From Rhynchopus sp. YZ270_cl-10 (taxonomy: Eukaryota), in the NCBI GenBank assembly GCA_964035575.1, contig OZ037838.1, positions 248,001 through 312,000 on the forward strand: a stretch of DNA of 64,000 bases. Direction: 5' to 3'. The translations under genes and the position numbers were made by a program. The first letter of the stretch is position 1. The number at the start of each line of letters is the position of its first letter. Under the pieces are notes generated by a model, which was given only the letters and a program-made list of their open reading frames with translations, searched no databases and was not told where the DNA came from. This document shows positions 23,357 to 36,300 of the stretch, one piece after another.

Positions 23357-24241
23357 GGCATACTGTGCGGGCGAGTAAAAAAAACTCGCCTACTCGCCAA
23401 AAACTCGCCTAAAACTCGGCTATTTTTGGGGGGCGAGTTTTGGCGAGTTTTTTTTTTTGGTAGGGATTTTACCTTGGGAAAAGTGTACACACGAAAATAT
23501 GAGGGAAATTTGAGTTTTGAAGAGAAAATTTTTTTCGTTCCACTTGAACAAGACCTCTACAGTTTGCTTTGTAGGCTTCCACAACCAGTACCACCAGTCC
23601 AGCTGTAGCTTCTGCGGATCCATGAAGCTTGCACAGATGGGTGCGATGTAGTCGTGGGGGAGTACCGCCAAGGGGTGGCCTGCAGGGTTGCCATTTACCG
23701 GCATGGCGAGGACATTGTTGTATAGCGAGTGTAGCCTCGGTTCATGTCTTCGTCATCCTCCGGATTGTAGCACGTCTTGTCCCCCGGGATCTATGGCACG
23801 CCTGGATCTTCCCCTGGAGCAAATGTTTACATACATGCCTGTCAGCCACTGCCGTGACATGGTTGCCTTTAGACGTACAAGTGACACAATTTCAATTTTT
23901 TTGTGTGTTTTCGAGTGGCATGTTGTCATCAGTCACCCCCGCCCTCCATTTTCACATCCTGGTGCACATTTTCACCCCCAAGGTGCGTATGTGCACCAGG
24001 ATTTGCACCCAAATTGGGGCGAGTTTAGGCGAGTTTAGGCGAGTTTTTGGCGAGTTTAGGCGAGTTTTGGCGAGTTTTTGGCGAGTTTTGGCGAGTAATG
24101 GGCGAGTAGGGCGAGTTTTCGGCGAGTTTTGGCGAGTAATAGGCGAGTAATGGGCGAGTAGGGCGAGTTTTTGGCGAGTTTTTCCTGAAAATCAGGAAAA
24201 CGAAAAACTCGCCTAAAAACGGCTCGCCTGCACAGTATGCC
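23357..24241. mobile_element. MITE-like TIR element with many subterminal GGCGAGT repeats
   Basis: TIR GGCATACTGTGC(G/A)GGCGAG; TA (or CTAG) duplication; tandem GGCGAGTTT(A/T) at 24017-24182 and inverted copies near both ends. Confidence 0.75.
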
Positions 24242-25160
24242 TAGGGGGGGGGGGGGGGGGGGGGGGGGCAACAAATTACTCCAGCAATGGAATCAAGACC
24301 AAAAAAGAGACAATGAATCTTCCGCTAAAGCCAATAGGTGAATCGCAGTTGTTGCATTATCTACCACAACACACTATCATACGGTACAGCTGGCTTGAGG
24401 TACACCCCCAACCAGGCAAGCCCGACATAAGGCCAGCTATATTAGCACCGTCTAGTTCGGCGAGACAACACAACATAACAAAATAGCGCTAATCCGTTTT
24501 GCCAAGGTGCCAGACGGCCTCTGTAAGGCACTCTGAGCCCTAGACACATACACACGCCCCTCTCCCTCTTCACACACCCTTTTGGGAAGAAATCTACAAA
24601 ATAAAATAAAAAATCGGAGAAACGTCGTGCACCAATGACACCACACATTTTCCGGTAAAGGAAGAGGGAAGAGAAACTCCCTCAAAAAAAAGGTAGCTGT
24701 GATTGCCACCTTGACGTCGAACAAAAAAGTAGAGTTGAAGCAAAATGTTCAACATAAGACATATCGAAGAACGTATTGTATGTACCCACCCCCACCGCCC
24801 CTGTCCCCTTTTCCGCTATTGTCGCAAGCCAGGAAATTTCAATAAAAAAAGCATCGCTTCACAAATATCTTCTCCTTTATTGGCTTGGAAGGACCGAGAT
24901 TTCCCCCCCAAAAAAAAAAGAAAACGCTTATTCAGTAAAATGGCATTTGGGACGCAATTATACGGCCCGATTTATCCGAGAGAAGCGGATAGATGAATGC
25001 ATTATTAGCCCCTTCTTTCACACCTTTTTTTTTAAATCTGCTTGAGCATCGAACACCTGAAAAATGACGGTTTTTCTGAAAAAAAATTCAAAAAAAAAAA
25101 AAAAAAAAATACGTTCGGACCACCCATCACCCTCCCCTCACCCAACCTTCTTTTTCGTCA

Positions 25161-28100
25161 TCACTGCAGCCCCGTAGCCCGCGCAAAGATCTCCCTGTGT
25201 GCAGGGGGGAGGTGCTGCTGAACGATAGCGATAATGTTCACACGCTTCGTGAGTGCCTGGAACTGGGTGCTGAAGAAGGTGTCGATGGCAGCGATGTTTG
25301 CGCAGTGGTCCACCTGGGTCTTCGCTGCGCATGCGAGGGGGCAGTACGAGTTCGTGTACCCCTCTTCGTACTGTGGGGTGTTGGGGTGTGGAGATAATCA
25401 AACAATGAACCTGACACATATCTCTCACTCAAAAAAAAAGATAAAAATGTCAAATGAGGTGCCCTCTCACAGACATGTCTGAGGTACTCCGCTTGCATTC
25501 TTGCAGCTAGCATCAAATGAATGTTCACTCATCTTTCAAAACAAACCCCCGTGTTGTGTATTTTGATACCTTTTCTCCAAGCTTTTCCACGTCGTGCACT
25601 TTGAACTGGAAGAACCCCCCCTCTCTCGAAGCTGCCTGCTCCTTGTTCGTCATGATGTCGAGGAAGAGCTGCAGGCCCTTCGCCCAGTCGGCAGCACGCT
25701 CAGGGGCAAGCATGTACTCGCTTTCTGTGAGGATGCGGATAAAAGCGACACGGACTGCCTTCTTGTTGAGATCACCATCCACCTTGCACACGTAGAGGGA
25801 CCACAGCTTGTTGTACACAAGGTCCCACATGTTGGGCTGGATCGACAAACAAATGCGCACCAATGCATCTGGGCCACGTGTGTTGATCACCTGACCCAGG
25901 AAGATCACCAACATTTTGGCAAATTTGTCTGTCTTACTCGTGGTCATTCTCTTGAAGACATCATTCAGAATAGCGGCCAACATAGGCTGGTCGAGGTGCT
26001 CCGCAGGGATGCTCAGAAGCAGCTGGCTCAGAAGCGCGAACCCGTCATGGTCCATAGTCTTGCTGCGGCAGAGTGTGTTTGCAGTGTTCACGGCAGGGTT
26101 GAGGTGGTGGTTCGTGACTATCATCTGCGGGTCTTTCTCAATGAACACTGTGTGGAAAGGGGAGGGTGAGAAGGTTGGTGTGGGTTGAAATTGTGCATAC
26201 CACCAAGGAAGCGAACAACGGCAGGCACGTTGCCTTTGTTGGCGTAGAGCTCGGGGCGCACGAGGAAGGGGAGCTGTGGTGTTATGTGTGGTGTTTGACA
26301 TCAGTTTGTGGGTCATTCCTGAGGCAATAATGCACATATGTGGATGTGCTTGGCTTCAGTTGTTTGGGGAATCCCTCAGTGTGAAAAACACACACAAAAC
26401 CCCTCCCTGAATACATACCAACTGTGCATAGCAGGCCGGGATGTCCGACCGCAACTCGAGCATCTGCGCGTAGATCTGGAAGACGTATGGCAGGAACTCG
26501 GACACATCGCCCTGGAGAATCTCTGCGAAGGGCGCAAAGAGAGCCTCCTCGATGTCGGCTACTTGGGGTGCGTTGTACTTCACAAGGGCCGAGATGCTTT
26601 CGAACATGTAGTGGTTGTAGGCAGGGTTCGCAGGGTTCTTCGTCACCTTACGCAGCATTGCCACCAGCGGCTGCAGCACGTTCACGATGTACCCCCCTAC
26701 GTTCTCCTGCGCGCAGCGGATGACCCTCATCAAGCTCATCATGACGTAGTGGTTCTCCGTCTCCGCTGACGACAGGCACGTGAACAGATTCTGGAACAAC
26801 ATGCTGGTCAGGGGCGCCATCTCCGCCTTGGAAATCCCCCCAGCACGGTCCTGGTTCAACATACGCTCAATGCCCGAAGCCGCGTACGTGGCCACCACCT
26901 CGCTTGGGTGCAGCACCCACCCTGCGAGGACACGGATGTAGTTGGGGTACTGTGCAGCAGGGATCTGCTTGCGGAAGGAGATGGTAAACTTGATGACGTC
27001 GGCCTGTGGGGAGAGGGTGGTGGTGGTGCATGACACATGGCGACCTAGTATACCAAGACGCACTATGATCATAACTTGTTAAAATGACATCGAAAAAAGA
27101 CGCTCCCCGCACCAACAACGTACACACATCTTATTAGCACAACGCCCACAGGGGACGCCAGAAAAGGTAGGGTGTTGAGCCCCTCTAAGACGAAATCTAG
27201 ACGAAATGGAAACAATAACATACCGCAAGCATTGGGTTGGGTCTCGCGTTGCCTTCCTTTGCGAGCTCAGGCTGCACCTGAGTTTCGGTGAAGGACTTGA
27301 TATCAATCACCTTCGACTCAGTCACGCCCGTCATCACGATGCTTCCGGGGGTGCGGTCCACACAGCCGAGCGCGGTGACGAGGTAGATGGCAGCAGACTT
27401 CGCACGCCAGTCGCCCTTCTCCTCGTATTGGGCAAGCAGCTGTCCGATGTGCTGTTTGAATATGGGTGCTGCCACGGCCTCGAGGGTGCTACAGAGCGCT
27501 TGGATCAGCTGGCACGCACTGTGCCTTCTTGTGTCCAGGTCGCTGCCTTCTATGTCGCCTGCAATGTATTCACGTGGTTCGTGTTCGAATATTTGCAGGT
27601 CGGAGTCACGCACGCTGATGTTCGGAATGACAATCGAGGTGCAAATAGTGGAGAGCGTGCTCTGCTCCTTGAAGACCTGGTGGTGGATGGACCGCGCGGT
27701 TGCCGCAAGGAAGTCCATTGAGGTGATACTGAGCTCGTCGTGCTTTGGGGCGAGGGTGGTGTTGTGTTCGAGCATTGCCCAGACGGCTTGCGCGAAGTGC
27801 TGCATAAAGGGCTCGAACTCGTCATCGTATAGCTTCAAGAAGCGTGTCAGGAGGTCGATGACTTCTGCACGCACGAGGTTGAGGGTGCCGGGTTGGTAGG
27901 AGGTGGGGGGTGTCTCAAGCTTGGCGTTGCTGTACTGCAGAACAGTGAGGAAGGTGGTCATGAAGCGCGCCAGGTTGTCCTCGAAGTACGGACTCATATC
28001 AATACAGTTGCCGAGGTTGAGGTCCACGAAGATGCTGACACATGCGAGGAACACACGAAGCAGCTTCTCGAGGGCCGCGACGTCGTCTTGTTTGGTCTCT

Positions 28101-28675
28101 CTGAGCGCCGCAACGGCCCATTCTTGGACCGCAATGATGCACGGTCCGATGCTCTCGGTCAAAGGCATAACCTCGTTTTTGATCTCCTCCGTCAATTCGT
28201 ACATATCCCGGTACTTCCCGAGGACGGAGTGAATGAGAGAGAGAAGAGGCTCGAGGCAGTCGCTTTTGGTGACAAATTCGGCCTCGGCCTGCTGGACCAC
28301 GTCGTTTAGGACGCCGGGCCATTTTAAAGGGAAGTCGTTTTCGCAAATCAGTGTTATTGCTTCTTGGAGGATTTTGCGGACAGCAGAGCTTGCCTGGAGA
28401 AACGTTGCGATAAGGCTTTTCTTGATGTTGACTTTGTCAGCTTCGCTGATCACCGCATCCAGGTTGTCAGAATAGCATTGCCGAGCAATGTTTTTGATAA
28501 AAAGCGCCGCCGCCACGTACACATCGTCCCCCGCCCCGGGCGTCTGGAACACCTGCATCACAGAGGTTGCAAACCCCTCGACAAGTCGAAGCTTCTCCAG
28601 CTCCCTCGACGCCCCTACCCGCACACCCTCATCGGCCGACAGCGACCCTCGAAAGAGGTCGCAAGCATTTTGCAT
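25161..28675 (-). CDS. CSE1: Exportin-2 / CAS (importin-alpha re-exporter); exons 28675-27224, 27003-26419, 26273-26201, 26147-25570, 25370-25161 (965 aa)
   Basis: Motifs ENDFPLKWP, YFEDNL, DIEGSDLDTRR, WRAKSAAIYLV, ENHYVMMSLMR, KNPANPAYNHYMFES and DVSEFLPYVFQI. Four GT-AG introns give a continuous frame. Confidence 0.93.
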
Positions 28676-28841
28676 ATTTGATCAAAAAAAAAAGGATGGA
28701 ATAGAAACGTATCAGAGAGAAGTGATGAAGTGTGTTGTGTGTTTGGAACCCTTTGAAGGGAGCGTCTGTTAGGGGTGGTGGTGGTGGTGGAGGTGGAGGG
28801 CACAGCTGAGAATAAGACTCGGGGACCCGGGAGAGGGCCTA

Positions 28842-28922
28842 TAGTGTATCTTTAGTGTATCTTTAGTGTATCTTTAGTGTATCTTTAGTGTATCTTTAGT
28901 GTATCTTTAGTGTATCTTAGTG
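28842..28922. repeat. Minisatellite (TAGTGTATCTT) ~7 copies
   Basis: Direct reading. Confidence 0.95.
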
Positions 28923-31528
28923 AGACCAATAGGTATTCTCAGACGGAATGGGATTGGGACCGGGACCTAGGGACAGGGACCCGGCTCATTCTCAGCTGTG
29001 ATGGAGGGGAGGGAGGAAAGGGGGAGGTCGCGAGATGCCACGGCATGTAATCGCTAGGGATCTGAAGGCGTGAACTGTGTGAGAGGTTGAGAAAATTGAT
29101 CACGTATGTACTCAGAATTTGTCCAGTTCGGCAAATTGACCCCACCACAGCGCGGACGGATTCCGGATATGACAATGCAGGTGTTTAAAAGCCTCAGTCA
29201 TTTTATTGTTCACTTTGTCAAAATCTCTTTGTTTTTCTCTTTTGTCTATTTTTCCTGCATTTTTTATTCTCTTCTTTGTACTTTCTTTTGTTTTGGTTGT
29301 TGTTAGATAAGCTCAATCGCCTATCGAGTTCTGTGAATAGCACGGAACTCCTTTTCATGTGTATCCATGGAAATCAGTATCATATGTGATACCGGGAAAT
29401 TTTTTGAAAAAAGGTGTCGTTTGAGAAAAACAAACAAACGGACGCGCTGTGTGAAAAACGAGTGTTTCTCTGCGCGTGATATTTTGTGGGGAAGAATAAA
29501 ACATTATGAAAAAAGCTCGTTGCGTTCCCACTATCGTTTCCGCTGCACTCTCACTAGCGTTCCCACTCCATTCGGTTTTCTCTTACTTAAGAAAAAGGCT
29601 CACGCCGGTGAGGAAAAAAGTGACTCGCCTCCAACACCTCCCAACACCCTGCTATTTTAATTACACTTTATTTTTGGATTTAGCCACACCAAAATAACTT
29701 GTTTTTTGCCGCGATTTTTGCTTTTTCAAAGTTACCGAATAATAAAGTTATTTGGGGACCCCCTTTATACTAAAAGATTTCCTACGATATGTCACAAGTG
29801 TCATGTCCGAAAATCTTAACGTGCGCTCTCTGTTGATTCTAAAACGGGAGGGTAAAAAAGCGCGAAAGGTAAATTGGGGAAGAGGTTGAAAAGTTGGGAA
29901 CGCTTCCTCACCCCAGATCACACATTTTTTGAAAAAAAGTATATTTCCTTCCTTCAAAACTTCACACACAGCGCTTTTGGTTTTTGGAAGACACACAAGG
30001 TGCCGGGTTCTATGATAAGCACGGAACCACCCTGCACCTGTTTGTCATAGTATTATTGTTTCCCGTGCAATACATGGGGAAACGTTTCGCTGTCGAAACT
30101 AGGGAAAGCTTTTTGATAAAATTTTTATTTCCTTACTTCAAAAACTCTCTCTTTTTAAACTGATTTGGTTTTGGTTGAGACACATCAATGGTGTCGGTTC
30201 TGTGGAATCACTGAACCACCCATATCCTGTGTCACATCGTTGATTGTTCTTTCCCTGCGTTGACTGCAGGAAAGTTCGCGACACTATCATCCAGGAAATG
30301 GGACTTTTTTAAGAACAATAAAAACAAATAACGCTAAGTCAATCATGATTCAAAGGTATCCGGGTTATAGAAAAACATCTCCACGGAAGAAGCACAAATA
30401 TAGCATCTGCATGTTTGACGCACATCAGAGATTGCGTGCCGGCTGTGCTCGCGCACTATCAACAAAACTCTCGCAGTCGACCCGAGTCGCACTGCTCCCA
30501 TTGGCAACAAAAACACACGCAGAAAAGATATACAAAGCTACAAGCAAGACAATAAAACGCTAACCCATGCACGCAGTCCTAACAAAAATTGCGTGTCGGC
30601 TGTGCCCGCACACGCACTGGTAACATACCACACGAATTAAAAGAAACACTCCGGGGTTACATGGGTAGAAACAATTAGATGATATAAAACATTGACCTGA
30701 GCCACATTGCTCCCGTTGCAGCTTTTTTAATGAAAAAACAGACCCATGCAACAAAGAAGAAAAAGAAAACTGAAGATTGCTTGACATACAGCTAAAGTAT
30801 GCCACCCTAGGTTGCCTTTCAGATAGTAAACCCTAATCTGCTAATTTCCACAACCTATTGTAGTTGTACCCGTGACGCACTGCACCCACTTTGGCTTTTA
30901 AGGAGGCAGGTACACATCGGCGAGAATGGAGTGTAAAGCACGAAGCCCACTGCCATCATGACCTCGCGTAGTCGAACCCCAGTCGCACTACTACCGATGA
31001 GGCACATCAAGAGTTGCGTGTCGGATCGCTCCTGCACGTAGTCTACCCGGGTCGCACTATTACCACGATGTGACTTCACACACAAGCAAAAAAACAAAAA
31101 AATGCACGAAAAACGCTACTAGGTAAAAAACAAAACACCCCAAGCCCTAAGGGTGGGATGGTGGGATTTTTCAAAAAAGATGAAAAAGCAGAGAGTTAGA
31201 CAGCAAAAAACGTTTGTGTGAAAAAGTGTTTTCTGTCAAGTGTTTTTGTGTGTTGGCGGAGAAGAAAACAGTTTACAATAAAAGACTCCTGCGTCGGTTT
31301 TCTTTTTCACATAAAAAAACCCCCCAAAGCCCCACGAAAAACAAAAAGACCCTGAAGGCACAAAAACGCCCCGTATACCCCTCCTCGCCCCTGTTTTGTA
31401 ATCTCTCAGGTAGGAGACATCGGTTCGAGCGGTCAACACCTTCATAGAGTTTCTAGAGGAACGCCCCGGATGCAATTTAAGGTCCAGCCAGGACCCAAAT
31501 AAAAGATGTGTTGTGACACGGGCACACA

Positions 31529-32656
31529 TCACTCACTGTTGTGTGGGTACAGATGTCTTGTCCTAATTGCGCCATCTCGTTCCATAGCCACAACAACACG
31601 TGAACACGGCGATATCGCAAACGCTCCGTCGGCATTTCGTATCACACGTACACAGGACATGGTCGCCACATCATACTGATGCAGGAAAAATTTCTCCTCA
31701 AAGGAACAGCCAGAAGAATTAGCCCAGGTGCCATGTATTTCCACAACCTGTACCCTTGCCACAAGGTACTTCCCACACGGGGTGAACTGCATGCCCTCGA
31801 CACCCCCACCCACATCAGCACTGCGAAGAGCCGCACCACTCCAATCATAGAGGCGTACACTGCTCTCGCTCCCCACAGCAAAGACAGAGTCAGACCGTGA
31901 AAGCGCCACTTCACACCACCCACCCACAGGCACACATGCCACAGCTTCACCTGTGTTCACATCCCACAGACGTACGTTGTCCTCACCGTAGGTAATCACC
32001 CACCCACCACAGTCCGACAGTGCCAGGTCCCTGCACTCTTCGTGCGAGAGAGAGCGGAGCAACGTCAAGTCTTCGTCATACACAGAGACGTTGTCTTCGC
32101 CCTTCGAGACAACAACACTGCCGCACGCGAACACTGTCTGTGGGATGTCGTCAGTCACTTTGCGGACCACCTCCCCACCCGGAAGTGCAACCTCGAGAAG
32201 GCAATCCTTGCATGCCATGTAGCAGCGTGTCTTGCAGCGCGAGATGGCAGGCGGACCGTACACTTCATTGTCCACTTTGAACGAGAAGACAGTGTTGAAG
32301 GTTTCTGTGTCGAAGCCACCGACGTTCCCACTCTCGTTACTGTGGACGCAGAGCGTTCCACAACGTGACAGCGTCAACGACGTCGCTTGCGGCTCTGCAG
32401 TGCACTCAGCAGGACACTTGATGTCGGCCAAGCGAGGACAGGCAAGCACAACCTGCACCCCTGCAGCAAACGCAGTGTCCTGCAGACGGCACGTCCCCTC
32501 CAGCACCTGCGTGCCGATGCGCATCTCGACTAACTCAGGCGAGACAGCAAGCGCCGTGCACGCAACCTCCTTTGCCGCTGCAACCTTCGCCTCGCACGGC
32601 ACCTCCACTGTCGCAGTCACGCCTGACTCTTCCAGCACAAAGGTCACATCCATCAT
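31529..32656 (-). CDS. Ubl + beta-propeller protein, copy 6
   Basis: Same architecture. Confidence 0.85.
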   Translation of the reverse strand: MMDVTFVLEESGVTATVEVPCEAKVAAAKEVACTALAVSPELVEMRIGTQVLEGTCRLQDTAFAAGVQVVLACPRLADIKCPAECTAEPQATSLTLSRCGTLCVHSNESGNVGGFDTETFNTVFSFKVDNEVYGPPAISRCKTRCYMACKDCLLEVALPGGEVVRKVTDDIPQTVFACGSVVVSKGEDNVSVYDEDLTLLRSLSHEECRDLALSDCGGWVITYGEDNVRLWDVNTGEAVACVPVGGWCEVALSRSDSVFAVGSESSVRLYDWSGAALRSADVGGGVEGMQFTPCGKYLVARVQVVEIHGTWANSSGCSFEEKFFLHQYDVATMSCVRVIRNADGAFAISPCSRVVVAMERDGAIRTRHLYPHNSE

Positions 32657-33345
32657 ATTGTTAAGGGGTCTGTTGTGTTTGATATGATGGTGGTGTCACT
32701 TCGCAACGACATATAAGAAGTCTGGTGGGTTAAATACGTGTTTCAACAAACTCCGACAAGCACTGGAATTCTGTGTCTTTAGGTTTTCCGATTCCAGCGA
32801 CAAACTAGCACTAGCTAGTGAGCCCTCGTTTGGAGACACCAGTCAGGTGGGGAGTTTGGGGTGTGTACGATGAGGTGGCTCTGAGTGGGAACGAGAGAGG
32901 GGGAAGGTGGGCTTTCTTTTTTCATTTACCGTTAGTTTCGTGACAGTGCAACGACGAAGCGACGCACAATATGAATGAACACACCTCTCGTGCATGTATA
33001 TCATCTCGACTTTTGCGAATGGAAATTCGCCACCGCCAAAAAACAAAGATGTGTTCCCTGCCAATACTGCCAAATCCTCTACAAGACCCCAACAGGACCT
33101 TGACAGGACTTCGGTAACACTAATAAGAAAAATGAAATAGAAAACCTGATGACTGTGCCTCTCGCACACATCGTTTGAATAGAAGAATAGAAGAAAAAAA
33201 AAAATATGCGGTTTCTGTGAAACCTTTATGTGGCTAGCAATATAAACACAGACACACATACGCCACATATGAGCAACTACACCATCGGAACCCAGGAACT
33301 GCAAAAACCCCCCCCCAATAATTTTTCGCCCGCGCCGTTCTTTTT

Positions 33346-36300
33346 TTAATTCATTTTATCTCCACCTTTTTTTGGCGATTCGCCCCCTTCTCCATGAACC
33401 GCCGCAAGCTCAGATGACGCCGACTCACGCACCCTCATCTGCGTCCGCGCAGGTCCATGCATACCTGCATGTGAAGTCGCATTACGCACTGCTGTCGGCG
33501 AAGGCTCGCTCCCTCCACCTCCACCCCTGCCCAAATCCACGACCCTTTCTAGCGTATGCGCCTGCTTCAATGCCATGTCATCAATTTTATCGCTTAGGAT
33601 GGCAACCGTTTTGGTGAGTTCGCGTACAGCAGCCATGACAGATTCTGCGAATCGGGGTGATGGCATCATCCTCCCAGCAGATGCGATGCGTCGTGTCGAC
33701 GAGCCCCGTGGTGTTAATGCAGGCTCTTCATCAGGAAGCGACGCCACCTCGGAGCTTGTGTCCACCTGGACACCTACCCGCACCTTGGTAAGCCGGAAGG
33801 AAGTGTTGCGTGGGGAATACCCTGGCGCAGTTGCTCTTCGTGAGGTAATGTCGATGGACCGTCCAGAGATAACAGCGCGTGGTGAAGTGGTCTCCTCTGT
33901 GTAGCGCAGGCTTTCTCGAGAGGAAATTCGGCTGATCGACTCAAATTGCGAAACATCCTCCTCCGTCGATAGCAGCGACGCCGCCCGATCCTGCAACCCA
34001 AACTCCTCATTGTCAATCTGCTTGACCGAGAGAGGCGGGGTGGACGAAGCGGAGGACTGCGACGACGTCGTTGGGCTAGAGTTCCGTTCCTCCGGGAGCT
34101 TGAACCCAAGAAGCGGGTCCACCCCTCCTGCCTCATTCAGATCCGCAAAAGACAGCGAGCGATGCGTGTCCCCTCCCCCTCCCCCTTTGGTCTCCTCCTC
34201 AGCCTCGGCCTGGTGTTCTCGTACACGCGCCAGCGCTTCATGATCCTCAGGTACCGTAGGGGGAAGCATAGTCAGCATTACCTGCCCTCTTTCTTGAAAA
34301 AGGTCTTCGAGCATCGCTAGAGGGGCAACAGATAGGACGGGAACCCCATCGATGGCGACGACCTGCATGCCTTCCACGATCCCGGCAGCGTGCGCGCTCA
34401 TCTCTGGGTCGACCTGAACCGCAAGAAATCCTTGCGTATCGGATTGTCCCCATTGAATGCCTACTGCGTCTCCTGGAAGCTCGGCCTGCAGAAGGAACTC
34501 CGATGTGTATTGTGTAGGATCGATGTGGCGATCCGCCATTTCGCGGAGCACTGCTTCTTTCATTTCTTCAAATTGACGTAAAATGATGAAAAAGGCGCCT
34601 TTATCTAAGCGGAAGAGCTCGCAATACGTTAGAGTTCGAACAGATGCACTGCGTCGTAGGTCAGTTAGTAGAGCAATTTCTCCAAAAAAACCTCCAGCAC
34701 GGAGGATATGCCATAATGTCCCCTTCGGGCCAACTACTTCTGCGATTCCATGGCTGAGGAAGAACATTTCGCGTCCGTGGTCACCTTCCTGGAGAACGAC
34801 GACCTCGGGTTCGTACACGATGCTGCGAAGAGCGTTGGAAAGACCGACTAAGCAATCCACGGGGAGATCGTGGAACATAGGGACCAAACAGACGAATTTC
34901 ATTTTTACAAATAAACCTACCCGGCTCCGCATGACGGAAGGTAGATTTGACAGAACTTTGAGGAGATTGCCTCCCATATTGGTTTGGAGCTGATGGTATT
35001 GGTATGCTAAGACCTCGCAGGCAAGCTGTTTGGGGATGTCAAATTTCTTCAAAACGGAGAGTGTCTCGTTCATGGTGTCGGAGCGCTCGCTTTCAACGTC
35101 GCCTTTTTGCATGATTGAAGAGATCTTTGAGACAACCACCCCTTGCACGACCACTCCGAGGACAAACAGAACGCACGCAAACAGCTTTTTTTGTACAGTA
35201 TCGATGTCGACGTCGCCATACCCTACTGTAGTTATAGTGTATAATGTCCAATACAGAGATGTAACGTAAGATGTGTCCGTTCCATTGTCGACTCCGGTGA
35301 CACCTTGCTTTTGAAGAAATATGAAGAAGAGGGTCATGACATTGGTTATGAGCGCGCATTTTATTGTAAGTCTTACGATAGGAACGATTTTGTATTTGAA
35401 ATAGACTGAGGAGGGGCTAAGTTTTATTGCAGTCGCAACTTTGAAGAGACGTTGTTCGCAAAGAAATTTCGGTACCTTGAAGGCAATGAGACTCGCAATG
35501 TGGATCCATGCGTAAGGTGTCGCCCTTCGGTCCTCCCCCACAACTGTCAACAACAAAACCACATCGATCGGGATCGCTGCCGGCAAATCATAGTAACCAG
35601 AACCCCGAAAATACCTCGCCCGCACCATAGCCGCGTCTTCTACAAGCCCCCCTGATACGCAGTCAGCCTGCGCGGTACGTTGCCGCACATAAATATCAAT
35701 CGCGAAGATCACAGACACCAAACCATCCATCACCAAATGCGCTATATGGCCTGCAGGGAGGAGAGACCGTTCATTTACTATTTGATATGGCGTGAAGATC
35801 CCGACGTACGTCAACGCAAGGAGGATAACTGTATCCCAATACCATAGGTTTTGATCGTCCGGTTGAAAAAGCTGGCTGGAGAGCGCGTTTTCGAGCCGTG
35901 ATAGCGTGAGTTTGCTCTTCCCAAGAAGGCCTGTTTTGAGTGGGTCGTCTGATATAACGTTTGAAGCGGAGTTGCGTTTCTTCTGTTGCAGCGCCTTAGA
36001 AGTAGGAGAAGCTGGTGTAGAATGGTGGGAGGTAGGAATAGACTCCTTATCTGTGACCATCTCGCTTTGCACCTTTTCCAGGAGGTTGCCACCCCACTCT
36101 GCTCGGAACCTTGCTGCGGCTTCTAAGGGGTCGGAACAACGTGACATACTGCAGACACTCCCACGGCGTGCGGTGCTTACCCCTTCGTGTGTGCTTTGTA
36201 CTACTTCTTCTTCGGACACGAAGGTCACAGAGGTGGGGAGTTTTTTGAGTTTGAAGTTCATGGATTGCTTGCGTCCGGAGGAGAAGGAGCAGGCGGATGC

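Noticed and set aside
25161..28675. Non-canonical (euglenid/diplonemid-type) introns
   Set aside because: All introns I could reconstruct here and in the GNPTAB-like gene are GT-AG and phase-consistent.
23357..31065. CRISPR-like arrays (GGCGAGT repeats; GTCGCACT motifs)
   Set aside because: Repeats are tandem or irregular and degenerate, with no constant-length unique spacers or cas genes, in a eukaryotic context.
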